Positions 1-13,034 of a DNA stretch of 64,000 bases are shown here, in pieces (the stretch's first letter is position 1; each line of letters opens with the position of its first letter). This stretch comes from Owenia fusiformis (lineage: Eukaryota): NCBI GenBank assembly GCA_903813345.2, contig CAIIXF020000001.1, positions 22,010,001-22,074,000 on the forward strand. Direction: 5' to 3'. A program made the translations under genes and the position numbers. A model generated the notes under the pieces. It had not been told where the DNA came from and searched no databases. It saw nothing but the letters and a program-made list of their open reading frames with translations.

Positions 1-451
1 CGACAACCCGATGAGTCGAGGACTCGCGGGTTTGGAGCTTCGAGTCGAGTCCAATCGAGTCGAAGTTGATGAATCGAATCATTTTCGAGTTGAGAAAAAA
101 ATTCGAAAAAATAAAAAAATTCAGAAAAATACTGTCAATATGCATGTTTTTACTCGATATTGCGTTGAATATATAAGTTTCAATGACTTGGATATGCTTG
201 TATTAAATTATTATATTGTATGTGCACACAAATGAAAGAATATATGTAATAAAATCAGAATAAACTTACGACGAATTGTGTTTGTTTATATTTCCGGCTT
301 TCCACCATTGACGCATTAAAAATACGAACGGTCAAAAGCGATGTTGTTCGCACTTCGCGCGACTCGAAACGGATTCGAAACTCGAATCGTCATTTTCTGA
401 CTCAAATCGGATTCGACTCGAATCAGATTTTTTCGACTCGTCTCACCCCTG
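1..451. mobile_element. Right part of a non-autonomous DNA element with CGAGTCGA/CGAATC subterminal repeats (hAT-like)
   Basis: CpG-rich short repeats in opposite orientation at 1-90 and 360-445, ending TCACCCCTG. The left end lies outside the window. Confidence 0.4.
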
Positions 452-731
452 GGTAGAAACATCTAGATAAATGATTCACTTTCTATATTGTGTACCAATA
501 CTGAATACTTAAAAAAAAAAATCTAGGTAATTTCCATGTGAAACTATAAATTATCTTTGGCTATTAAGAATACAGAATGTTGTAAGATGAATTGGCAATA
601 TGGCATGATAAATAACTCTTTTGTACTTAGAAGCTAAGTATACACTGTACAAATATTTATAAAAAACAGTATTTACATATAAATATACAAATATGTACAC
701 CAAATTGAATACTAGTAGTTTATCATCAGGG

Positions 732-3700
732 TCATAAAACTGTACGAGGTAGGAGCATAGATGTTGATCTTGAGCTCATGTTAGAGGCACAAGGAGAATT
801 GTCTCTGCTGCTCTCTGTGGAGCTACTCTGACTACTTGGCGGAGTCTCTAGTAGGGCAAAAACCAGACGAGCATCTGAGATACTACTTCGCCTGCTGCTG
901 GGCCTACTTTCTAGAGGCTGTGTTCGTTTACAGCAACAAGGGCAGCACCGTTTGAACAAGGCAGCGATAGCCTTGATCACATTGTCCATTGGCTCTAAGG
1001 AATGCATCCATAGTGGAAGCCATTCCCAATTCCTGAACTTAGTTGGGAGCCATTTAGGCTTTTTGTCCTGAATGAGATTCACAAATAGCACAACTGCAAC
1101 AACAAAGAATACTGTACCAAGAACAATGGAAAGGGGTAGGAGGCCAGCCATCGATAGTCCAAATATGGCCCCAGGGGTGATGAAAAACATCACAATGACG
1201 TAAAATATTGCAAACCACCTGAATCTGGCGGTTGTGTTGCCCATCACCTTCGCAAGTTTTATCGGGGCCTTTCTCATAACTGGAACTGGGAAGAACAAGA
1301 GGATTCCTGATATGTTGAAAAACAAATGAACGAGACTGATCTGGAAAGCACTCGCTACTTTGTCCCCTGATGAGGCGAATGCTGCTAGCATACTCGTCAT
1401 CGTTGTGCCAATGTTGGATCCGAGGGTCAATGGGTACATTCGCTCCAATGAGATCACTCCTATTCCTACCAATGGGGTCATGGCTGAGGTGAACACAGAG
1501 CTACTCTGGACTAGCATCGTCATCCCAGCACCCACTATTATAGCGACATACCCTGTCAGGAACTTCAGTTTTCCTGGGAAATCTGCATTGATTGTTTTTT
1601 TGATGATCTTGGCAATATTGCCATTGAGAATGGAATGAAGTAGTTTGACCAGTAGCACAAGGCATGTGCAGAGGAGGAACAGGGCCACGGCTAGTAGCAG
1701 GAAACCAATCACCATATCACTGAGACCAGTGTCGTAGAACATAAAGGAACCTGAAAATATATGAACAATTGATGAAATATGGGTCAAGACTTTTTAAAAG
1801 TACCTTCTTTGGAATAGGCCAACATTTAATTTATGCCCATCCAGTTACTCCCTCCCCACTTGAAAATAATGAATGATCCCATTTCAAAACCTCTACAAGT
1901 AGTTAAACATGCATGAGTGTACAGATGATAAACAAAACAAAGATTTATTATTGACAATAAATGAACTAAACCTTTGCTATATACTAATAGACATGATTTT
2001 GTTTACGTATGTGTATTAAAGTCAAAAAAATATAAACAAGATTTATAATAAAATAGTAAACTGTAATTATCTGTGGTTAATAAACATAAACAGTTCAAAC
2101 TGGATTATGTTTATTTGATCAAAGATCTCGTGTCATTTGAGTGCTTATAATTGTCTATGCTATAACCTGTAGTATCACATGTTTAAGTCACTCATGTTTT
2201 CATGCACTTTTAACGTGATGACAACAAAAATGAATAAATCAACAAGTTCAAATACTCCTGTCAGACATATAAAGGAATTTCATCAGTCAAAAGAATTGCA
2301 AAATAATAAATGTCAACACAACAAAAAGGGATTGGTTTGTGATCAAAGGTACACTATTTAATGACCAGGTCAAAACTCTCAAGTTTTAGTGAAATATTTT
2401 AATGAAGGCTCACCCCTAGTCTAACTCAGGCCTTGCAATCCACCTCTCAAACATCCCCAAAAGGAGAGAAAGTATACGGCAGTCTAGCTCAAACCCCTGC
2501 CCCATTTGACTTAAAAACCCTATTGAACATTAAAGTAACATCTACCCATTTTCTTGCATGGCCACTCTCCCCGAAATATAATCAATTTCACAAAATGGCA
2601 CATAGATGTCACCATAGACCTGCCCCCTTATTAGACCTAATAATAAAGGAAGACATGACTTACACTTTCCAGTTCCAACTTTAAGTGTCATGTTGAATTC
2701 CTCTGTAACATTGCTAAGGACAGTTCTCTGTACACCCTCAGCAGAAACTATGGTAACATTCTGCTTTGTTGTCAAGTTAAATGCCTTTTGGACTTCCTTG
2801 TAGACACACCATTTCTGAAAGACAGCATATCACTATATGAAAAAGTTGATGGTGACTGTCATTTCCATTGTAACTTTGGAGAGTTGATCTTGTAATACTG
2901 GTACAAAAGAAAATGTAAGGTAATGTAAGTGATAATTGGGATGGTAGTGCAGTAGTGTAACATATTCACTGCCTGTTGATCTATTTCTGGAAATGAGGAT
3001 ATTCTTATTAATTAAATTTTAACATCCTGATTCATGTTTTGTTCTATGTCGCAATGGCCTATAATTAACATAAAATAATGAACCAAGATTCAGAAAATCA
3101 ATAGCTTGTACACTACATATTGGATCAATAAAACATGATAAAGCTTGACATTGAAAGGTCATAAGAGTTATTATTCATCCAATAAACAGGATAGGATATT
3201 ATTATAGATATTGTAGTAACATGGGAGGAAGGGGGGGGGGGGGGGGTAGTAGGAATGTAGATGTTGTGTTTAGCCATCCCATTATCATAGTAATTGAAGA
3301 AATCTTTCATCAAGCCCTTAATCCCCCATTTACGCAGATATAAGTGTGATAAGATAATTACAAAAATTATGAAGATTTGTCAATAAGTAATAGAGTATGA
3401 AGTAGTACCTTAATCAGGCTTTTCTTGGCGTAGTCTGTTTCTCCAAGGGCAATCTTCTGTATTACCTTTTTGTCAACCTGAAACCACAAGCACCCACATG
3501 ATAACACGATGTAATCATTTATGTACACTCATGTTATGATGACCTAAAAAGATATCGATTGAACCCTTCAGTTCGAGTCTGGGTTTAACCAATCAATTTA
3601 TCCATTGAATTTGAAAAAAGGATTGAAAAGATGTTCAACAAAACCACAACATATTTGACCTGACTTATTAAGTGCAAAAATGAAAGAAACCCTTAAGCAC

Positions 3701-6700
3701 CAGGATAAAGCATGCTATCACACATGATGCAGTATGTGACAACAGGAGTGCAGGTGATTGAAAAGATGTCCATGTTACCCAATAAACCTCTATTGCATTT
3801 GATAAATATATTACCAGTTTATCATTTATATTTGTTTCTTGTGTCTGAATTCTCTCATTAAACCATTTTTAATAAATTATTCTCTTACTGTAAGTTAAAA
3901 CAAGGCAGTAACATGCAAAATGTCACCACCTGCCATTTGTTACTGACATTGACTGCCAAACACCAACCACAAAATAGTTGGAAACTATTGCAATTTGTCA
4001 CCACTTGTGGTGGCATAAACAATCACTCAAAGACATAGGTTAGGTTTTAATACAATTTAACATTAAACAAGCTGAACTGTTTCCTAACCTGGATGATTGT
4101 GCTGGTGAAAGGTTTGGTGAGGACCTTCAGGAACTCTTTCTTCTCCATTGAAGTGTCCTTTAGGTTACAGCTGTCAATGATAGCTGTTGTCAGCCTGTAC
4201 AGATAACCTGAAGTAATAAAACAAAAGGTTCAGAATTATGGAAATATAACATGGATCATGATCCAATATTTTAGTTTTGAAAAGTGGCTTTTCAGACTCT
4301 TTTGGAAACTTGGAAACAAAGGCATTCACATTCACAATTGATATTTTTCAGTTTGTTTCAGTTTGTAATCAAGGGATCTTCCAATAATTTTATAATGCAA
4401 CAATTTGTAGGATTACTAATGTTTTCAAGAGGGTTATTTCTTTAAAACTGACCAGATCTCAAAAGTGATAAGTTAAAATCTACACAAACCTGTGAGAACT
4501 TCCAATGGAAGTAGGATCAGCACAGATAACCAGTTGAACATGTCATGCACAGTTGCACCTCCAAAAGCCCTGCGGAACTCATCCTTGTTGCCAGAATGTG
4601 CCAGACTGACAACCGTGTTGGTTACAGATGTGCCAATGTTGGCCCCCATTATGATAGGGATGGCTGGTCGCACGTCAAGAACTGAAAAGCACAATCAGGA
4701 TTTTAAAAATAAATTTGCTATTTGAGCAACATAGAAAGAACCTTAATTACGCCATTGAAGGCAAAACCAGATATCAAAATAAAAGTTGTGTTCTTCTTGC
4801 TTTGTGTTATATCCTTTGTGAAAAGAAAGGAAGCAGTGATTCTCACTTTCAGTTTGGACCAAAACATTGCAATTTTTCATTATCATCCCCAGGAGTATCT
4901 ATATATGTTATACTGTGCCCCTTTGCCTGAGATGATTTAGAAATATATCTTGATAACATGATGAAAGGATGGATCTAAATTAATATGCCTTTATTCAACA
5001 TTTCAAAACATAATAAATAGAAACTTTTTCAACTAAAATTACCCACAAGGGTTTTATTTTCACAGTTCATCAGAGGTTTCATTAGCAGCAGGCAACAGGT
5101 GATTTTCACCGGTTGGTTTCACAAAATCGCCTGTTGTTCTTAGGGACTTTTCAACTTTTCCATGTTATATTTATGATTTCCATTAATGTTGCCTGTTGTT
5201 TTCATTTATCTAGCCTGTTGTGAGAAATTCTAGCGAAACCCCTAGTTCATGTACATAAATATTTTAGAATTATTTTTTCTCATATATCTGTGTTTTCAAT
5301 AACGCCGTCCTTACATTACATACACGCAAAATATATCCCTTGGACCCGGAAATAAAAAGTGATTGCGTTTTGTGGACGCAGTGCAAGCCATACTCATACA
5401 ATCAACTTTGGATGAATGATTTGAGAAAGATCTTCCCTTCAATCTTTTTATTTCGTCAGAATCCACTAAGTAATTGAAGGAAATTCTATTTCTAAAAGAA
5501 ATAAAATTTTCTTTCGAAATTCACTTCCCGGAAGTTGATTTCTGATCGAAATAGTACAAGGCATGTGATAAGACAAAAAGTTATCCAATACTTAATTTCC
5601 GAGCAGTAATCAGTACGAATCCTACGATTGGCCGGTAGCTGAAGACCTGATTCAAACCATTTTCAATTGGTCAAGTGCGATCACGTGATCATTATTTGAG
5701 ACTGCACATGCGCAAGAAACTGAACCAAAAAATTGAACCTCGCGCAGATTGCCCCTAAACTAAACATGCTAAAGCAAAATCAATAGCAAATTGCTTCGAA
5801 ATTCGCAAATAAAATGTATTTTTAATGGGTGAATATAAGTTATACCTCACAAGTGAGGGCATCTGTATCATTCAATGACATACTAGACTCGCAAGAACGC
5901 TGATTGAGACCGATAAATAGCAAAAGCGGTGATACAAAATTTCATCAATTTATTACATCCAGTGTAAAAGCGCGACTTTGAATTCCCGGGAACATTTTTT
6001 CAAGGGACGCAGTTTTTTGAGGGGAGACGCATTTTTTGAAAATCATTACGTCCCAGGGCGCAATCTTGGACAAGCCTACTGAAAACACTGTATATACTCA
6101 CTTCCAGAGGCTACCATGGTGACAACGATAGATGTTGATGTGCTGGAACTCTGCACCATGACAGTTGCTATGATGCCGATCATCAGTCCAGCAATAGGGT
6201 TCTGTATCACATCACTGTTTGTGAATGCCTCACCTGAAATAGCATAAAGAATTAATTGACAGAGAAATCGTTCATTTATAAGTAGATCCTGATTCATTTT
6301 AATAGAGAGAAGTCTGTATTTTTCAATGGAATGATTTATTTCCACAAAAATTGTGAACATTAGTAAAACCTGTCCTCACTGAATACTTATGCTATATATG
6401 ATACAAGGAAGTCACTAGCATTTTCGTTTCACATCTAAAATTGAAATGCTAAGAATTTAGTCAAAAAGTGAAATCTTAATCTGATTTGCCATTTCAAAAA
6501 TCACTATTTCTATGTGAATTTGAAGTGAGATGTGATCCCATTTTATAAAATGTGCTTAAAGTTAGATGTTCTATGTTCAACATGTTGCCCCTAATTGTAT
6601 TGTATATTTATTGCCTCCCCTAAATGAAAAAATACATTGTTTTAGATGTAAGATCAGTGATCTCCCCAGCATTAAACCAAGTGGTTGCTGCACCCACCCA

Positions 6701-8156
6701 GATTTTAATGTAGGTCTACAACCACCTGAGAATCCATTTGCATCCACTTCAAAATCAGATAAATCATGATAATATTCACAATTTGAACAAAATGTATAAA
6801 CAGTGGAAGTTACAATTTTGCAACCATTTGAGAAAAAATCCTGGGGAGATCACTGAAGATATATAAAAAGTTGTGTTTCCAGATTATTGCTCTTACCTGA
6901 TGCCTTTCCTCCTACAAGTTGAAACCCAGAGCTCAGTAGATCCAGAGAACATATGAAGAGGTAGAGAAGGGCTAGTAGACCTATTGGTTTCCCAATCCAT
7001 CCTACAATAACCCTCTTTACCTTCTGGCCCCTTGTCAAATCTATAAACATAAATCAAATATTCCATGATTATATTTATTTTTACATAAATCGGCTATTGG
7101 TGATTATTTTTCAAATGTCTTGTATTCATTTCTAAGCAAATCAAGCCTTAGATTAAAAATTGATTGTGCAAATTATCTAGACTAATAGACTCATGATTAT
7201 AATTGATAATTGTAAGATAATATCATGAACATTTTCCTAGTCCATTTCTATATTTTCTTAGCCTTTCTCAGAAGAGATCACTACAGATCAGTCCCTACAA
7301 AATAAAATTGATTAGACTTCCTTCAAAGGAACTCTAGGTGCCCTTTGATTTCCTCTCCTCCAGACAAAGTTTTAGTTTACATGTTGACAAGGTGTGCGAC
7401 TTCCTTCTATTTAGGCTGGTTGATGGTCATCTGAATCCCATGTCTTCCTTTGATATTGGCCTGTTGAATATGGGTATTTTTACTCTTGCAATTTGACAAT
7501 CACAGCTCTGAAACAGGATGTCTGGCATGAACTGACAAGAGCACTAACTTAACCTTCATTCAACATTGCAACAATCAGTTGCAAATATTTCAAAATCTAA
7601 CATGACTCTCGAAGTGAGTAACAAATTCCATGTAGAGCTCTATAATATGGATAAAAATGGGTCTTGGAATGACAAGTGTCCTAGCTAATAACTCAAGTCC
7701 GAAAGATTAAACATGAAAAACATGATATTTTCATAAACAGATGTTGATGAGTGCACTTGTCTAGCTGCCAGACATCATCAGTGATCAGACGACAACGTTT
7801 ACCCACCATTCCATTTTTCGCTGGAATCCGTAAGTTCAGGCAAGGCCCATGGGTCAACCTCATTCGACTCATTCAGACTTTCTTCAGTGTCTCTTATTGC
7901 CACTGCGCAGTAGTCTACAGAAGCCCCATCAAGTGATTTTTTCAGGAAACCGGCAGCATGAACAATGTCAGACGGTGTCGGTTGCTTCGGAACCTGAGGA
8001 TGGCAAAAATTATCGTCAAATTTAGGGCCTTTCCCCCCACATTTCCCCTCATTTCAAAGTTCAACCAAAAGATGATGTACTTACCTCTTCCGCGATGCTG
8101 TCATATTCTGGCGGCGGCGTATCTGGAAGGGGTTTGTCCGCTTCAAATGTGTACAT
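732..8156 (-). CDS. SLC34A: Sodium-dependent phosphate cotransporter type II (NaPi-II/SLC34 family), ~694 aa, 9 coding exons
   Basis: Exons 8156-8085, 7993-7807, 7040-6897, 6233-6102, 4681-4490, 4207-4089, 3477-3409, 2814-2664, 1750-732 join through GT-AG sites into 2085 nt in frame. Both QSSS repeats ([18 protein letters not shown]), GANIGTS and GSNIGTT motifs, DPWALPEL N-terminal motif, Cys-rich tail (CCPCCC). The first exon is less certain. Confidence 0.95.
3899..4020 (-). mobile_element. HINE/Helentron-like short element (family copy)
   Basis: Reverse complement of the ATGCCACCAC..CTCCAACTTTTTTGTG..GGTGGTGACATTTTGCATGTTA..CTTGTT element seen at ~30803, 53612 and 55636. Confidence 0.5.
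5071..5244. mobile_element. Small hAT-like MITE
   Basis: Imperfect TIRs CAGAGGTTTCATTAG / CTAGCGAAACCCCTA; AGTTCAT repeated at both boundaries; internal GCCTGTTG repeats. Confidence 0.45.
5288..6090. mobile_element. Degenerate TIR element in SLC34 intron
   Basis: Imperfect TIRs CTGTGTTTTCAATAA..GTCC / GGAC..CTACTGAAAACACTG in TA-rich flanks; ends 11 nt from the splice junction at 6101. Confidence 0.45.
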
Positions 8157-10128
8157 TTCAGGCGCGATTTCGAATGGCTTCTTCTCTCGCAAATGTATTA
8201 TTAGAAATGAAGTGTAGTATTAAAACCTACTTACACCTCATTTGAATATTAATATATCGATCCACGTTTTGAAATGTGTTTGGATTCAACTTAGAATATA
8301 TTGTAACTATCATTTACAACACTTTGATTGATAATCGAAATAAAATACTTTTTGAAAATTGACAGAAAACGACGCATGGTAAGATTATTCCTCTTTCTTT
8401 ATAGAATTATTTTACTACGCGGATGTATACATTAGGTGCCCGAACTGAACATGTGGCCGTTTAGACTGGCGCTAATTTTTCTATTTACATCTCATTTTAC
8501 ACTAGCCAATCAAATTCGACATGACATCATTTTTAAGGATGGTGATTGGTTAATTTATCACACCCTTGCGGGAAGAATACACGTGATAGTTGAATGGAAG
8601 CTCACAAGTGATCATGAGTGAGCAACGGAGTTCTCAGTTCACTTTGCGGTTTGCGCCAGATTTTTTCGTTCAACAAAACAAATAATGACGTAAAACGAAA
8701 TTAATTTTTTTTACACTTTGTCTCGTGTCATATCGTTGTAAAAATTGCCATGCATGAGTGAGCTACATATCACCTTTAAAAAACGTTTAATTTTCTGCAT
8801 TTATGCAAATTAGCTAATTAGCGGTTCAGTTCCACCTGTCCACTAATTTATGTAGAATAGGTGAACGTTATGCGTAAATTAGGTGAAAGTTAGGCGGAAT
8901 TGCAATGCAATAGTGAGCTCATTGTTCCCTTAATAAACGTTTAATTATCATCATTACGCAAATGGGCTAAGTAACGGCCAACTTCCTCTGATAAATGTAA
9001 ATTAGGTGAAAGTTGGACTTCAATCTGCCCCCAAATTTTATCAAGACCCCCTAGCCTTATTGCATGTTGAGGCCACATAGGCCTACTACATGTAAGTTTA
9101 CTATACCCGAACTATTCTTAACTATTATAATTATTTTGCATTTTTTTTATTTTGGATTTATTTACTATTTATATTTCACTAATTTTGAATTTTTAAAAAA
9201 AATTGCGCCTATCAGCTTTTGGGGATTTGTGACTTTGTGACAGCTTTGTGACAAAAATGTTCCTCTAATTTTTTGTAAGCGTAGGTCTATATTTTTTAGT
9301 CGGAATCCGTCATGCAAAACCACCCTTTACACTCGTTCACTATCATCCATGCTGTTTCATTCGACTTTGGCTTCATCTTGAGCAATTTTGCGAGAATGTA
9401 TAAAGCTTAAAAATACTTTCTGGGCTTTGCTGAAAAATACAAATCATTAATTTCGAAGTTTCAAGTTTTACCACTTGAGATGCTGAAGGATGTGGGAATT
9501 GTTTAGGACATTGGCAATGATCACAATACTTTCACTTGGCACCTTTTGAGGTGGATCCCGGCTATGGCATTAATGGTTGAGAAATAGGGATCGAAACCAG
9601 CCATAGTTTTCTCCTGATGACCATTGTGAATTATTGTGTTTTATGGATTATGACGACGGCTCTTGTGAATGGATGTTGACCCTTTGAAATGCCTATGGAC
9701 TTGGAGACTGGATTTTATCTACACAGTATCCCACATCATTTGAGACTGAATGCTCTATCTTGTATGAGTACTTGTATCTACAACTATTTTTGATGTTATG
9801 AGTATTGGTTATCAATTTCTAATTTTTACTTCAACATGTATTGTAATGACTTCAGTATGAATGAAATGTCCCTTGGTGTTCTGGATTTGGATTGTGATAT
9901 CGGTTCTTGAATGGTGGGGGGAAAGGGGGTATTAGACATTGTTTCTTTTCACGTTAGATCATGGTTTTGGGATATATGGGGTTTGTTTTTCTTGACTGGT
10001 ATGCACTTAGAGTTTGCTTTTTCTTGCTAAGTTCCATTACAACTTTTGGTCCTTTCCCTTTGGCACTTGTGCTTATATGTTCATTTTAATCATATAAAGA
10101 TGGCAGCACCAACAGAATCCAGTATTAT

Positions 10129-10433
10129 CAAGGAGGATTGGCTCCCAGAGTGCACCACCGATATTCTGTCCCATATATGGGTATGTCGTAATACAAAATT
10201 CGAATTCAAACAGCCGCCATTTTGTTCACTTCAACATTTAAATCGTGAATTTTGGTCTTATTTCCAAACGAAAAATTCCAAAACTCACAAGAAATGATCG
10301 AGATATTGGTTCGAATCTTTTGAACTGTTTATTTTGAATTTATAGTCGGTTTTAATTTCAGAAAATAACGACATTTCGACGTTTTCATTGTTGGAAAATA
10401 TCGAGTTTCGATCCTGGGAGCCAATCCTCCTTG
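10129..10433 (+). mobile_element. MITE, CAAGGAGGATTGGCTCCCAG family, copy A
   Basis: 20-bp perfect TIRs; flanking direct repeat GTATTAT (7 bp). Confidence 0.88.
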
Positions 10434-10451
10434 GTATTATCTTTCTAGAGT

Positions 10452-10756
10452 CAAGGAGGATTGGCTCCCAGGATCGAAACTCGATATTTTCCAACAATGA
10501 AATCGTCGAAATGTCGTTATTTTCTGAAATTATAACCAACTATAAATTCAAAATAAACAGTCCAAAAGATTCGAACCAATATCTCGATCATTTCTCCTGA
10601 GTTTTGGAATTTTTCGTTCGGAAACAAGACCAAAATTCACGATTCAAATGCTGAAGTGAACAAAATGGTGGCTGTTTGAATTCAAATTTTGTATCACGAC
10701 ATGCCCATATATGGGACAGAATATCGATGTTGCACTCTGGGAGCCAATCCTCCTTG
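10452..10756 (-). mobile_element. MITE, CAAGGAGGATTGGCTCCCAG family, copy B (inverted relative to A)
   Basis: 20-bp perfect TIRs; 9-bp TSD TTCTAGAGT; near-identical reverse complement of copy A. Confidence 0.9.
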
Positions 10757-11139
10757 TTCTAGAGTATTTATAAATAAACACAGATCGATTATCATGCCAT
10801 CTTTATTTAAAAATTATTTCTATCGACCTTAGCCGTATGATTTTAATGATGATCTTTTAGAACCCGAAATGCAAGAATACCACCACTGGACGAAAATATT
10901 GTGAACATTGAATAATAATAAATTCACAGGAATTTCCACGTAATTTCGCGACTGTTATATTTTGCAAATTAGAACTATTGAACGTTTGCGGCTATTACTG
11001 TATTTTGATTTCCAAAATTCGCGAAAAGCATGAGAAAACATCATTATTATATTGCCACCAAAAACCTAAAATCATTGTTAGACTGTACTGTTCTCTAGGT
11101 AATTTTCTGGAAATTATTTCAAAATATACTGAACACCCT

Positions 11140-11217
11140 CAGGCCCGTAGCCAGGATTTGCCAAGGGGGGGGGGGGTTCAGTTTTCTGCGAACCCCCCCC
11201 CCCTGGCTACGGGCCTG
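11140..11217. mobile_element. 78-bp minimal MITE with 5-bp TSD (hAT5-like)
   Basis: TIR CAGGCCCGTAGCCAGG / CCTGGCTACGGGCCTG; poly-G and poly-C arms; TSD ACCCT. Confidence 0.85.
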
Positions 11218-13034
11218 ACCCTACACCATGTGTTTTTCTGACAGACTGACTACAATAATGTCATTCTGGTACTTTGAGACATGACATGACTAATTTTATA
11301 ATATCATTTTGAATAACATTCTGATATCTGTAATTTTTCAAATAGACCCTTAGTGTCTGTTTACCATTATTTCTCAAAAACACATAGAGATTTATTTATC
11401 CCACTTTTGGAACACGTAATATTGATTCCTGCATATCTTGTCAAAATTTTATTGAAATCCATGGATTTTCAAAAAGTTCTATCAAAACAAAAATACGGAC
11501 TTTTTTGGCCCACTCTGTATATAGCCTATTTTACATAATTATCATTTTATTATTAGAGCGTTCTTCTTGGTAAAAAGATACGGCGTCAGACGCAACATTT
11601 AATGTGCGCGCCCTATTTCAAAATGATGTGGAATGATTATTCAACTTTGAATATAGGTACGAATCAATTCTTAAAAATACTTTGACGCAATTAGTGTTAA
11701 GGTACAAATCGCTGATTTCTCAACTTCAGGGGAAATTACTGGACCGTCAGGCTAGATTTTATGTCGACCTCGAGGAAAGTTTTGGCGGTCTAAGTATCAC
11801 TGGGGGGTATCGTGATGCAACAACACCGTGTTGTTGCATCAAGATGGCCAGACTTCCGGTGTTAGATTTTCGTACGATATTTTGTTTCCCAATTAAACCC
11901 ATTTCTAGGACGAGTTCTCAATCAACCATACACGTGCAGTTAGCGCACGATCTATATTTAAAGAAATTGTCATTAGTATACATGTAGCATCATCAAGAAG
12001 CAATAAGTTCACGGTTTTAGTTCCTCACTATTGATGCAACAACACCAAACCGAAGATGCAACAACATTCCTCTAGATTTGAGCAATGATGCAGCAACACC
12101 AATTAATAGTATAATTTCAGAAGACCATAAATCTCGAGAGGAACAGATTTTTAAATGCTACGATTGCGACACCGTTACCCATTACCCATTTGCGTTCTTC
12201 TCAAGGCATTCAAAATACACGTCCTGCGGGCGAAGATTCTTTCAATCGTCTTTAACATGGCAAGCTACAGTAACCCAATATCTATTTTCATAAACCACTG
12301 TTCCATAGCTTGATGACCCTGACTCCATTTAGTATCATTCAAAATGGTGGACAAACATCTTTCGTTCTCGGTAAACATGACGAGCTATTGGAAATGATCT
12401 GTCATCCATCTGTAGAACAGTGATAAACTAGATATAGTAGATGTACGTTACCACTGTTTATCAAAATATAGCTAAAACAGTTTCACTGTAACATTCGTGA
12501 GCTTATCGGAGAACATTTCAAAAAGCATGTTAATGAGATGATTGCTTCATCTATGATATGATATGATTCTTTATTTCCTCCAATTTGGAGAGCCAACGAG
12601 TAAAAACGTCTAATTGACTTTATTAGGGAGGTTTAGTTACACGTTTAATGAAAATCTTGCACGGTGCACATGTAGAAGTATTGCTCTCTGTGGATTCGTT
12701 CTCTCCGACTAAGTAAAAAGGTAAACAAAAGTGATAGGATTTAGGGCCCAAAAAGGTAAACTGATAGGGGTACAGTAATCCCAGATTCCCCCGGGCCCTC
12801 GGGACATATCATATTGTCTCTCGGAATAAAACCAATATTGAATCCCTCTTAGTAAATAACCTCTATATAATAGCATTGTATAACTGCAATATCATTAAAC
12901 CAACACTCATCCTATACAACTCTTGAGAACGATGTACAACTCCTGGATAGCGTACACGACTCCTGAGCAGCGCATACAACTCTTCAACTTGATAAATGAC
13001 GTCATACTTTGGGTGGTATAACAAAGGATATATA

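Noticed and set aside
1360-1638. Antisense ORFs over real exons (also 4492-4725, 20361-20672, 26025-26243, 50695-50913)
   Set aside because: Shadows of coding sequence on the other strand with no independent motifs.
8770-9060. Repeated AATTAGGTGAAAGTT / ATGCAAATTAG motifs upstream of SLC34 as an enhancer cluster
   Set aside because: More likely a decayed repeat; I could not define boundaries or function from sequence.
10046-10600. Mutually similar ORFs on both strands
   Set aside because: An artefact of the MITE palindrome; the same applies to 44157/46711 and 50475/50492.
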